Origin: Trichodelitschia bisporula
Taxonomy: Eukaryota
Assembly: GCA_010356995.1 (NCBI GenBank)
Contig: ML996699.1
Location: 403,697 to 467,696, forward strand
Length of the DNA: 64,000 nucleotides
Direction of reading: 5' to 3'
The notes under the pieces: model-generated
The model's input: the letters and a program-made list of their open reading frames with translations, nothing else
Database searches by the model: none
What the model was told of the DNA's origin: nothing
Position numbers and translations under genes: made by a program
In this document: positions 21,840 through 33,373 of the stretch, piece after piece
Layout of the letters: each line of letters begins with the position of its first letter
Numbering within the stretch: position 1 is the stretch's first letter

Positions 21840-24336
21840 GGTCCTCGGTCTCGACCGCGACTCGCGCACGTACGCGCTGTGTCGCCGTGCCGTGACGGAT
21901 GATGGCGTCGGAATACTCGGTCTGCTTTCTGCTGACCTCGCTGCGGCTCTTTGTGAACTTGGAGATCCCGGAGAAACGTTGCACATTCGCTCAGAGCCTC
22001 AACATGCGTTCCCAGCAGGTCGCATGGTTAGGGTTGCACTGCGGACGGGATCCCAGCATCTTAGCACTGATATGTGCCGTCGGGCTCTCCGCTTAAACAA
22101 TGCGACATCGGTTCCACGACCCCATCTGCAACTGGAACCCTGGCCTGACCTGACATCATTGAAGACGGAAATGAAGCTTCAAAGTACATCCGTACTTGTG
22201 ATTTGCCGTGAAGGATCAAGCAGCATTGCCTTCTTCTCACTAGTCGAACTGGACGTCGAAGGAAATGAGCGGCTGGAATCCTTTATGCGCAGGGTATTTA
22301 GCACAGCCGCATCCCCTTCATTGCAGGAACACTTTGTTTGGGATGTTCGTGTTCAGAGCTCCTTTCACACCGTGGGCCTGACATGTCCATGCCTTGCTCC
22401 AAATCCTGCTCTCAAGCAGCTCGGGCACATCCACGTCGAATTTTAGAGAGTTGCCTTCGTGTGAAGATGTTGGTTGAATTCTTTGATGATGGAGGCCTTG
22501 CAGACCCGAGCTGAAGATCCTTTTAGAGTTAGGCCCAGTTCTTGAGCCCGGATTGGCTGGGCCTGGCGGTTGGTAAGGCTGAAGGATACGGGGCCGAACA
22601 TGCTGGCAAACGGAGATCTTCACATATCCGAATCGCAATTTTCTTGCATTGATCTACATGCCCTGCTGAACAAATGCAAGTAGTCATTTTGGTCCCAATC
22701 CAGACAAGTGGTAGAATAAACTGCGGCTTCATGAAGCCGGAGATGAAGTGTCAGAATTGAATGGAGGTTCTGCATTCATTGTCACCTCCGAAAATCGTAC
22801 CCCCTCTCAATCAACCATCCAGCTTTGGTGACCATAAATCTCAGGACACACACTATTATGAAGACATGACTGATATTCTTAGGCGGTGATGGTGGCTTTT
22901 GATAGCTATTTGTGTCGTTATACGGAGGTAGAAGAACGACTCTAAGGATTCGTGATGTTTTTCCATCCGATTGCCTCTCCTCAAACTGTTAAGCCGATAA
23001 TACCTCGCCGACTTCCATATCCTTGGGTATGCCACGGTACAACCTTCCACAAGCCCAGCCGGTCGGCTCCAAAAGACCGCAAGGTGAAGTTGCCCCTCCT
23101 ACGTTGTACGACCCCGTCTACGTCACATCGAAGTGAGCGATGGAGGCTTATCGATATGTGCCTGGGCCGCGACTTCCTTCATAAAGTCACCAGGGAACGC
23201 ACCTGCCATAGCCATTCGCCACAGTCATGCACGGCACCGCACATGACGACGCTTTCAACCTCAAAAATTTCTGACTCCGCTCTTCCACCACTTCATCCCA
23301 TTAACAACCTACCGTCTCTCAAAAGCCCCTTCGCCATCTGCTTGATATTCTCACCAACATCCTCATCCACTATGAAAGTGACCTCTTGTCGCTCGCCCTC
23401 ATGCTCTACAGCGTGGAATGTACCATCAAGTACCTGACCACCTCGAGGATCTTCATATCATCATTCAATATGCACCGAAACTGACTTCTCTCACGGATAT
23501 ATATGAAGCTCTAAACACCCTGCAGCCGCATCGCTTTCCAATCCCCGCAGCTCGCGAGAACCCGTACTTCAGTCCGGTGGTTGGTCGTTCCATTGCCACC
23601 CCCGGGCGCAGCTGGACGCGATATGGGCAGCTTTGATGCCACTGGTCCTCTCAGCCGATCAGTTCGCTCACTTCGATTTTGAATACGTCAATGGGGCGTG
23701 GATACGCTCTCGGGGGGGAAAGTATGCGTGGAAGAGCACCTGGATACCGGGATCGAGTCTTCGGGTTAATGAGAAGCCTCCTGAGGTCTTCCTCCTCTGC
23801 TTCTTCCCTGCAGTCCCAGCCTTTCCCGAAGATGGAGGTTACGGAAGACGAGCGGCCGGAGCTCACCGGCACGTACAAGTTTTCTCAAGACTGAGGCTCA
23901 AATCTTATATACATCTCCGGCAACTTGTGAGTACCGAAGATATCGCTCCTCACACCATTCTCTGACCTTTAATGTTTAGGCAAAGTTGTCGCAAGAGAAA
24001 GTCTCTTTAAAATCAAGATTCGAGTAGCAAGCGGGACACTACCATCACCGCGGAGATGCTGGGGTGCCAATATAGCCGCCACTCCAGCACGTTCCTCAAC
24101 TGCCGCCTGTGACAGCAAGAGCGGTGGGTACAGCAGCACCACCCACGATGACGACATTCATCCAACGCCCACGGCTCCGGCAACTAGAGCTGCGGGCCGA
24201 CGTCCTCGAGTTTTGCAATCAGGAACAGTTGGAAGGGTTCTGGGGAGTCTTGCGGGGTTTGAACAGAACGGTTGCTGCCGGCATCTTCAGCAGCCTCAAA
24301 CGCGTCGAGTTTCCTGCGGAGCTTCCGGAAATGTAG
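21840..24336 (+). pseudogene. Possible decayed LRR/F-box-like gene fragments
   Basis: Broken plus-strand ORFs with LxxLxL-type segments (WPDLTSLK, FFSLVELDV, ALKQLGHIHV, APKLTSL, PRLRQLELRA, FSSLKRVEF) separated by stops and frame changes. No clean splice model found. Confidence 0.3.
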
Positions 24337-25462
24337 CCGAGGTCTAAATACAGTTCCAAGCCTCAGACTAGCTCGTACGGCAACACTAGTGAGGACGAGG
24401 ACTCGTCCAACCCTACTGCTCCGGCACCGACAGCGGCGGCCACGGGTCCAGCAAGCGTGACGACGACGACGACAACAAGGCCTCGAGCTACGGCAGCGGT
24501 CGCGACACCACGGGCCAAGTTCAAGGCCGGGGAGAAGGGCCTAATGCTATCTCGCCTGCATGATCAGTCGCCCTGACTGGGACGCTTCTTCGAGAGGCCC
24601 CGTGCTTCGGGAGATGGACACAAGCGCCTCCGCCGCTGCCTCCAAGAAGCGGAAGACCTTTGATAGGAGTTACGACTCGCCCGACGTGCCACCTCAGAAG
24701 CGCATAATGATCCAAAGATGGATAACTCTTGTCAAGTCCAAGGAGTGCCTTTGCGGTGCGCGATGTGTCGACCGAAGAATCGAGGCGAAAGCAATCTCCC
24801 ATAGAACGCTCTTTCCGTCATCTTCAACATGCTGAAGAGGAAACGGAAGGGCCGGGTATATAAACTGTAGTGTTAAGTAAAATCAACTGTTCGCCGCTGT
24901 GCCGTTCAATCGTGAAGCTGTGATGTCAACATTAACAATATGCATTGTCCTCGCACTACGATTGGCTTTAATCTAGCCAGAAACTAGAACTAGCCTTCGC
25001 ACCCGATCGATCATAGCGGGCCAAGGCTTCTCTCACGATGCTAGCGGCGGGGGGGACAAGGCTGATAGGGCACGGCCGCAGTTGGCCCTAGCGCGAAGCG
25101 CTCAATCACAGGCAACACTTTGCCATATCTGCTTTATTTCATATCTACACTCAAAGCTAACCTCCCCACGCGTGCAGCCTCCATTAACAGACTTCGAGGA
25201 GGGACACTCAGCATCCGCTAGCCCTGAAGTCCGTTCGCAGACCCATTCCGATTTACCCGTACCGTCTCCGCATAAAAGCTGATGAAAAGGGAACGCCACT
25301 TCAGCCTTGTTATCCCTCCCCACACGCATAGCGTGAGCCCGGAGACTGCAGAAGACAACGAAACAATGCATGCAGCAAAGATGAAAATCCTCTAGGAACC
25401 CCCTAGAAATGCATGACGTCTGTTGATGAATTGACCGACTCTGCTGACGTCTGTGTGCGAGG

Positions 25463-26445
25463 CTACTTCGTCAGGAAGGCAAGGTAGTCTGCGACGATCA
25501 GAGTGACCATGCTGAGTGAATTAGCATCGCACAGTTTACGAGATGGAGAAAGACCTACGCATGCGGCGCAATGCGCACGTAGTACGTTCCGAAGCCGCGA
25601 TAGAACCGCAGCAGGCCCTCCTCACGCGCCACCTTTCCAAAGCAGTCCATCATACCCTTATATGGCAGGGAGCCATCCGGAGCACGAGTCTGCTTCTGCA
25701 AGCGAGTCTTGACGAAATCGAACGGCAAGCTGAAGAAGGAGGCGAAGAAACCGGCGATGGCCGATGCCGTCAGAGTTTGTGCCTGGCCACTCATCCGCGT
25801 GTCCTTGAGCCGAGTCTTCGCCTCCGAGAAGAAAGCGAGCTGGCCGAAGTTGAGCGCCATGGCGCGCACCACCGTCGGGTAGCATCCGGACCACAGCGCT
25901 GTCACACCCTCGGCCCGCGAGATGCGCAGCAGAGCATCGACAACTGATTTGTAATGTGCGCGCTGGGCGACTGGCTTCAGACCGTCGCTCTGCATGCGGA
26001 TCAGCGCCAGGTCCGCCGGGTTGCCGACCATGGCCGCCAGGCCACCCGCAGAAAGACCTGCGGCCGCGCGCTCTGCAAATCCAATCTTCTGACCCTTGGC
26101 CTCCGCACGCACAGTCAAGCTCTTCATAAAGGTATCGAAGATGCCCAGACGTGCCGTCGTGTACACCGCTTGCCGCAGCAGACCCGCCGAGAGCCCGGTG
26201 TAAAGGTCGCCTATTTTGCCTGAGGCGATGATCTCACGCGTCACTGAGATGGGAGTTGGTTTTGGGCCGGTCTTGACGCCCTCACCTGCGAGCTGCAGGC
26301 GCACCTTGATCATGTCGACTGGTTGGATGACAGTCGTGGCGGTCATGCCGGCAAGGCCACCATTGATAAAAGGCAGCGCCGCGCGCATCATCGGCGTATG
26401 CAGGAAAGAAGCAGTTGCCTGCTTCGTAGGCTCCGGAGCTGACAT
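25463..26445 (-). CDS. Mitochondrial carrier, 2-oxoglutarate/malate (di/tricarboxylate) type
   Basis: Three carrier signatures PVDMIKVRLQ, PADLALIRMQ, PFDFVKTRLQ; GLSAGLLRQAVYTTARLG. Intron 25558-25512 adds MVTLIVADYLAFLTK*. Confidence 0.93.
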
Positions 26446-28439
26446 GACGAAAACAGGGTGATACGTAACGACGTCGAAGACGAGGTGAAGGGACCGGGAA
26501 GGCTGACAGCGAGATCAATTGGTGAGAGCTTCGTGTGTTCCTGGACTGGATGGCACCGTCAGAATACGTGCGATTTAACTTCTGGAGAAATCTGGCAAGG
26601 ATGAGGTACAAGCTGAAATCGGGTGATAGGCCTGGCACTCCGGCAATGCGTGCCGCGGCCGCGTCGGTGCTATATAGGTATTCTGAGGCAAATTGGCAGA
26701 GCTGGGATTGCTTCGACCATGGCACCCGAGCCTTTCCGCACCAGCAGACACAATGATTTGAGGGTTGAGGACGATAAAGACAGACGAAGGGGATTCTTCT
26801 TACCGGAGAAGACAGGGTAGTGCGTAGTGAGGTGTGTCGGGCTAGCCAAGCCGCCGTCGGATGCGCCCCGCTTTGAGAACGTTTAAGCAGACGGAAGTGG
26901 CTTCGCGGCTCTGGTTGAGCAATTGATGCAATTAGACGTCCCTGGAGTGTAGAGAATCGAGAACGGAAGCGGGAATATGAGGGGTAGGACAGCAAAGGTC
27001 GAGAGAAGAGGAGGAATGTGGTGAGGAGGAAAGAGGGTAGAGTTGTACGTTTTTTGAGAGAGCAGGTTGTCGAAAAGCGGGGTTGGAAGATGGGGAAGGG
27101 GGGCTCGTGCGAGGTATCACGTAGGTCGACGTGGGTACACAGATGTAAGACCGCGTTGATTGGCGGACCTGGGAACGGGAGTGCAGTTTGCGGTGTCGTG
27201 GTATGTGATAGTGGGATATAACCTTATGTAGCAGGTTGAGATTGACGATGAGAGGGCTTATAAGGAACAAAATCAGTTTGTGTGTGGGATCGCTGCTCTC
27301 TTCTGCCCTGGAGCGAGATGGGTGATCTAAAGAGGGTCGCGATCCAAACTATTCCCTCAGACTTTCCAACTTCCTCGCCCGCTTATTACACAGTACATGG
27401 CATTCAATTCAAACAGCCCGGTCTACTCTCATTCGCATTTGGCTCGGTGTGCCGTAGCTAAAGCCTATCCACTCACACCCTCGACTTGATTAAACATCCT
27501 GACCATGGAGCAGCAACCAACCAACCTTTGATTGCGTGTCCGGCCATGTGCCGGACATCCTACACCGCACCTAGGTTCTTGATCAATGGCTGCGCTGGTC
27601 CGAAGTAAAAGTACCAAGTACCATACTTCGCTTCCTACAACAGCCAAATGCCACGCTACCGTTTGCTACCCAGTGTTCCCATCATTTCACAACCACAAGG
27701 CCATGACGACACACGCGACGTGCTCGTATCGGAATGCGGGGTAAGTAAATTACAAGCGCCTTGGCAATGTCTCGTGCGCCGTTCCCTGCTTGCATTAGTG
27801 GGTCTCTTTTCGTCATAGTGGCACTCGGGCCCGCTTACCTGTTCGCTACCTCGGAGGAAGCCCCGCCAATCTCTGGCGTAGGGATTGCCGGCTCGGGAGA
27901 ATGGCTGCGCTGGCCCGTAGCCGGCGCTGGCCCACAATTAGCCGATGCCGGACCGGCGACTAAGAACCGGCCATCCGATCCGTTGGCCCGTCCTCGCTGG
28001 GGTGGACCGATGATTATAGCATCGTGTCTTCTCACAGCCAAAGATAGACTGGCGAAATGCATGACAAGATACCACACTATAGTTTCGGTCGATAGGACAT
28101 ATTGCAACACTTCAAACGTACGTGACGATGACACCGCTGCGCCAACGTGAAGAGTGACTTTCCGTCCCTCGTCCACACCACGCCTCAAGCCATCTCTCAC
28201 CTCCTGAGAGCGCATTGACACGCCACTTCGCTGCTGCCATCTGTTGGCTTGCCGCATCGAGCTCCCGGGTCATCGCCAGATTGTCCGACCTGCATCACGA
28301 ATCCCGACCAAACTATTAGCGAAGCCCATCATAGGGGTGCCTTATCTTTCATCAGATCATTCCCAGTCACATGAGCTAGCATATCCCTAAACGGAGGTGG
28401 TGGATATTTTTTTTGGATTTCGTATGCATCATTCCAGGT

Positions 28440-29508
28440 CTAGGCTTCACCCTTCTCCTCGTCCTCATCATCTTCATCGTCGTCGAGGATGACGCGGCGG
28501 CCACGGCTGGATTGGTTTTGCGAAAAGCTGACGTCCAAGTCGTCGTCTTCCTCGTTCTTGCGAGACTGTTGAAGACGACGGATCTTGCGGATGGTAATCG
28601 GGTCGGCGCGGAGGGAAGACTTGGTGAGGGTCTACCCATGTCAGAAAGCGTCGAAGCGCAAGAAAACGCCTTACCTGTCTGCAGCCCGCAACAGGACACT
28701 CTACGGCACGCTCCCCCTTCCTAGTACCCACTGTCGAGGTTACGCGACTGCTGGAAATCATTTCGAAGATGGCTGCCTTCTCGAAAGTATGCGGGCACTT
28801 CTCACTCGTGATAGGATCCTTGAACTCGCACAGCGTCAAAGGACACTTTGTGCTAATAGTCTCCTTCTGAATGGCAATATCGTCGTCGGAATCCTCCTCT
28901 TCACCCCCTGCCATACCCGGTAGCGGTTCACCGCTCTCACCGAACCATCGCGAGGGCGGTGGAAGGGGAACCTCATCCGAGTGCTGGGCGTCATGAACCG
29001 TTCGCTTGAACCCCACGTAATGCGGATGCTGGCCGTACCGCCGCATCTGCGAAAGTGCTGTGTAATCGTCCTTTCTCGCCTGGAGTTCCTGCTGGAACAC
29101 GATGCTCGGCGCGTCGCGCGCGAAGTCTCCTTCCCGGATAGTCTGCTGGATGTCCGCAACGTGTTGCTCCGTGTCAATCAGTCGCCGCACTTGCTCATCC
29201 AAGCTCCCTGTCAGCGTGCTAACTTTCTCGCGCAGCTCTTCCAGACCGGCATCTTGTCGCGGATCCGCCGTCTTGCCTGACTGCTGTACGCGCTCGCGGC
29301 GCTCCTCGCGCTCTCGGAGCGTGTCGTTGACTTCGCCGGCGCACTCGGCGAGGATGAGGCTGGCTTCTTTGATATACTTCTCTAGGGCTGCGGTCGGGTG
29401 CGTACGGGGCAGATTGTCAATTTCGTGCAAAGCGGTTGGCGTGAGGGGATGGTTGGGCCGTTGGTAGGCTGGGAGGGAGACGGCGGACTGGCGCGAGCGG
29501 GAGGCCAT
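28440..29508 (-). CDS. NSE2: SUMO E3 ligase Nse2/Mms21 (SP-RING subunit of Smc5/6)
   Basis: SP-RING KCPLTLCEFKDPITSEKCPHTFEKAAI...CPVAGC preceded by an acidic DDDIAI segment. Intron 28674-28632, then an acidic C-terminus. Confidence 0.9.
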
Positions 29509-29850
29509 GGTTGTGGAGGAGGATGATTTCAAGGGATGGGCGTGCTGTTGGTGATGTCTGGAAGAGTGGCGACGTGAGTTGCGTACTTGGAGTGCAGGTC
29601 GCGTTTGCGGTCTCGCGTGGGTAACGCGGTCTCGTGACGGAGGCAGGGGTGTCTGCCCGACGGAGATCGGACACTACGACGATGCGCCACTCTTTACTCA
29701 GCAGCAGAGACGCGATTCACTTCCGAAGTTTGACTCAGCAGTTATCCGAAGGCGCATAAGCAGGGCAACACTTCGGAATATAAGCATGCAGGCCAAGTCC
29801 ACTTGTTCAAAGGGAGGCCATCCTCGGAATCGCCCGATAGCAGCATCGAA

Positions 29851-30882
29851 ATGGTCCATCCGAAAGACTTGGAAGGCACGATGAATCTGCCCCCTATTCA
29901 ACGCTCTCACTCTGCTCCTCATTCCAAGACTCTTAACAGCAACTACTATGCCGGCCGCATAGGAGGAAACCAGCTCTATGCACTCTCACCCTCTGATGCA
30001 AACTTCGGAAAGGTCACGTTGAATACACCCGATGCCACCGTCACCGCCTCATGGCCGGAACTTCTTGACTGTAGGGGGTTCCGCGAGATCGCTGTCTGGA
30101 AAATGGGCGTGCTTGAGGGTGTCGGAACCTGTCTACAAACTTTCATCAGCGGTCTGTTGTGCACCGGGCTGATTCCAACGGTCCCAAAAACCTCAGTAGG
30201 ACCGGTGTTCCCGATATCTTTGGCAGCCATCGCGCAGATTCCACTGATCTCATTGTTCATCTATTCGGCCGGTCCCATCTCTGGAGGCCATTTCAATCCC
30301 TTAATCACGCTGTCGACCTTCATGACAAAACTGACGAGCTTGCCTCGTGCGATCTTGTATGTGTCTTTCCAGTGTATTGGCGCCGTCGTTGGCGGCTTCA
30401 TTCTCCGGGCGGCCCTCGGGGGCCCTAAACCTCTCGCCATCATCCCTGGGTGCTATGTGGATTCGTCTCTTGTGAAGCAGAGCCAGGCTTTTGCCCTCGA
30501 AACAGTCGGGGCCCTCGCTCTCATCTTCCTTGCTTTTGGCCTGGGGCTGGACCCTCGCAACGGCAGCAACCCGACTCTTGCGCCTCTTTTCATTGGCATG
30601 GCCTCTGCTCTCGTTTTGTTCTCCACCGGTATTGGCCTTCCTGGATACACGGGGGCATCGACGAATCCCGCTCGGTGTCTAGGCCTGATGGCTGGGGCCG
30701 GAAGATTCACATATCACTACGTCCACTGGTTCGGTAGTATCACTGCTGCGCTGTATGTTGAACCCTTTGATGAAACAGAGGCTGATTATTGCAGCATCAA
30801 TGCACTCATGTACTTTGCAATCCCGCCATATGTGGATTACAACGCCGCACCGGCGTGGCGGCCAACCGCTAGCAGAGTTTGA
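29851..30882 (+). CDS. Aquaporin (MIP family) with XIP-type signatures
   Basis: Six hydrophobic helices, SGGHFNPLIT and STNPARCLG, loop-C Cys (IIPGC). Probable intron 30753-30794. Start codon uncertain (29851 or 29881). Confidence 0.9.
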   Translation: MVHPKDLEGTMNLPPIQRSHSAPHSKTLNSNYYAGRIGGNQLYALSPSDANFGKVTLNTPDATVTASWPELLDCRGFREIAVWKMGVLEGVGTCLQTFISGLLCTGLIPTVPKTSVGPVFPISLAAIAQIPLISLFIYSAGPISGGHFNPLITLSTFMTKLTSLPRAILYVSFQCIGAVVGGFILRAALGGPKPLAIIPGCYVDSSLVKQSQAFALETVGALALIFLAFGLGLDPRNGSNPTLAPLFIGMASALVLFSTGIGLPGYTGASTNPARCLGLMAGAGRFTYHYVHWFGSITAALYVEPFDETEADYCSINALMYFAIPPYVDYNAAPAWRPTASRV

Positions 30883-31017
30883 CACCATCCGTTGCAAAGG
30901 ATCAAAGACAGTTAAGGTACATGTAGCTCAATGTAGAGTCCCCCGCAGCCATTCAACAATCAAAAGCTTTTCACGAGCGCAGTCTTGCCCCAGTTCGCCC
31001 CATCATGGTTTCTACCT

Positions 31018-31711
31018 CTACCCGTGGTACCCCTTCTTCGAGTCCTTCTCCTTCTTCTGATCGTACTTGTGAACGTCCTCCTTGTGCTGATCCTTCTTAA
31101 CGTCGGCCTTGTGGACGTCCTCCTTGTGCTGCTCCTTCTTCTGATCGTACTTGTGGACATCCTCCTTCTTCTGCTCCTTCTTCTGATCGTACTTGTGGAC
31201 ATCCTCCTTGTGCTGCTCCTGCTTGACGTCGTACTTGTGGACGTCCTCCTTGGCCTGGGTCGCCTTCTGATCGTACTCATGCTTCTCCTTCTTCACATCG
31301 TTGCCGTAGACGTTTACCTGGTGCTGGGCGTCCTTGAGCTTCTTGGCTTCGGCATCGGCCTTCAGCTGCGCATCCTTCTGGCGCTGGCGCTCGATCTCTA
31401 CCTGGTGCTGGGCCTCCTTCTGGCGCTGCTTCTCGACCTCTGCCTGGCGCTGCGCTTCCTTCTCCTTCGTCGTCGCCACGGTGACGTCATGGTACTCCTT
31501 GTTCAGCTGCTGGCGTTCGCTGTTCCATTGGGACCCCGTGGGAAGCGAAAGAGGCGCATTTTCGGCCGGGGTAGCTACTTCAGCACTGGCGACGGGCAGA
31601 GCCAGGACAGTGGCACTGAGTGTGTTAGTGCTGGACTAGTACGGCAGAGCCAGAGTCACAAGCATACCTAAGGCCGACGGCCGCGATGAGGAGCGACCTG
31701 GTGAAGAGCAT
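31018..31711 (-). CDS. Secreted, highly charged protein with 13-aa tandem repeats (KEDVHKYDQKKEQ-like)
   Basis: Signal peptide MLFTRSLLIAAVGLSATVLA across intron 31667-31616. TATAAA upstream (~31827-31832 on minus). 39-nt repeats at ~31050-31250. Confidence 0.85.
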
Positions 31712-33373
31712 GATTTCTTGAGGACGAGGTGAGCTGAAGCTGGATGCAGAGGCTTGCGATGAAGGAGTGGTCTGTCGATTGAAGGAGTGCTGATCGATGA
31801 CCACCAACTCCACGGCTACCCCGCGTTTTATACCAGCGCTCCGTCGTCAAAATCTGCTCTCACGGCAATACTCCGCACAAACTCCCTCACCACCGGGCCC
31901 GCCATCGTTCTTCCGTCCACAAGCGATCGTCAATCCACTCGTTCCACACCTCGAGATGAATTCCGACCTCCAAGTAAATTATCCCCCCTCGCCAGCACGC
32001 TGCAGCAGCAGGGTTCGCCAAGTATCACGACTTCAATATGGCGCATATCACCATCCATATGGCACCTCGCGACACGCAGCACGAACCCCTAATATATATC
32101 TTCCCACCCCAAACTCTCCCCTCTCCAACCCTGTCGCCACGCCGGCACCGCTGATCTTTTCTTAGCATCCGCCGCACGCACCTCTTCCTCGTGACGGCGT
32201 AAACATGTTTATCCAGCGAGCCGTGGTCAGGGGTCCTTGGCGAGTCTTAAGCGGTGGATGGAAACGCACTTTGCGCGGAGGAATCTGGGCGATGCCGTGG
32301 CGCCGTCTAGGCGATTGCGGGAGGAATCGACAATGTGGAGAAGCGGGGGATAAGCACGCCGGCGCAAAGGCTTGGGGTGCTTGTTGAAGGGTTGGGGGCT
32401 ATTTTCGGGCCAATATACAACGGTGTGTCGGTTGCGATAAGGATGATAACGAGCCATGGAAAACAAGTACGGCCGAGAGAAGCTTGACTTGATGTCGTTT
32501 CCGGCTTTTCGTGAGATCGGATCTGTTCCCCAGATCTTGGCTTCCCCATTGAAGATCGTGAACCGTTGGCAATGGACTACATCTCCCCATTTGCACACTC
32601 TCACGAAGTTCCCCAACACACTATCTCGTGAGCTAAAATTACCCATTTCTCGCCCTACGATCAGCCTGCACAGACCCGTTTCGCGCGAATTGCCCCGCGG
32701 TCCAGACCCTCGCCGTCCGTGCACGGAGCGAGTCTCGCCCGTGCATATTATTCCGACGGCGGACGTGACTTTGCGAGCCATGGGAGATCGAGAGCCCGAC
32801 ACGGGAAACGAGACAATTGGAGCTCCGCGTTAACGAAAGGTAGGGTTGAATCTTCGAGTTTGACTTTTACCGACGTCAATCAAGGTTCTCGCCGGTTAGA
32901 GGGCACATATTTTTCCCGAAAGGAAGTGGTTGCGGCGCTTGAGAGGAAGCTTCCGTTGTGCTTGAACAACGGCTCTACTGATACCTCTACTATCGCGCGC
33001 TACGCAGGCCGAAAGAAGCTTAATGCCAAAAGCTCAACCTACCCCGCCCGGTACCTGTCCTCAACCAGCAGTTCCGACTCCGCTCTTCCCAAAGGTAACC
33101 CCCAATACCCAACTAAGACCACAAAAAAGACGCGAAGAAAGCTCAACCCCGCCATGCAATACACTCGCTGCACTAGCCCGTGAATAACCCACTCCGTGTA
33201 CTTTCACATGCTTACATCATGACCGCGCTCGGCTAAGGCATGCAACGCGCAAATCAACAACGCAAATGACATCAGTCCCTCGTAGCCATCGTTTGAGGGG
33301 AAATCAGGTTTTCGGTACCCCTCATGCAATCCCGAGCATGAAGGGCAATCACTCCCCAAGCCCTTGTTTTCAA

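Noticed and set aside
30985..31671. Extremely hydrophobic 228-aa plus-strand ORF (VLLLLLIVLVD repeats)
   Set aside because: Antisense shadow of the K/E-rich secreted protein, which has the signal peptide, intron and TATA box.
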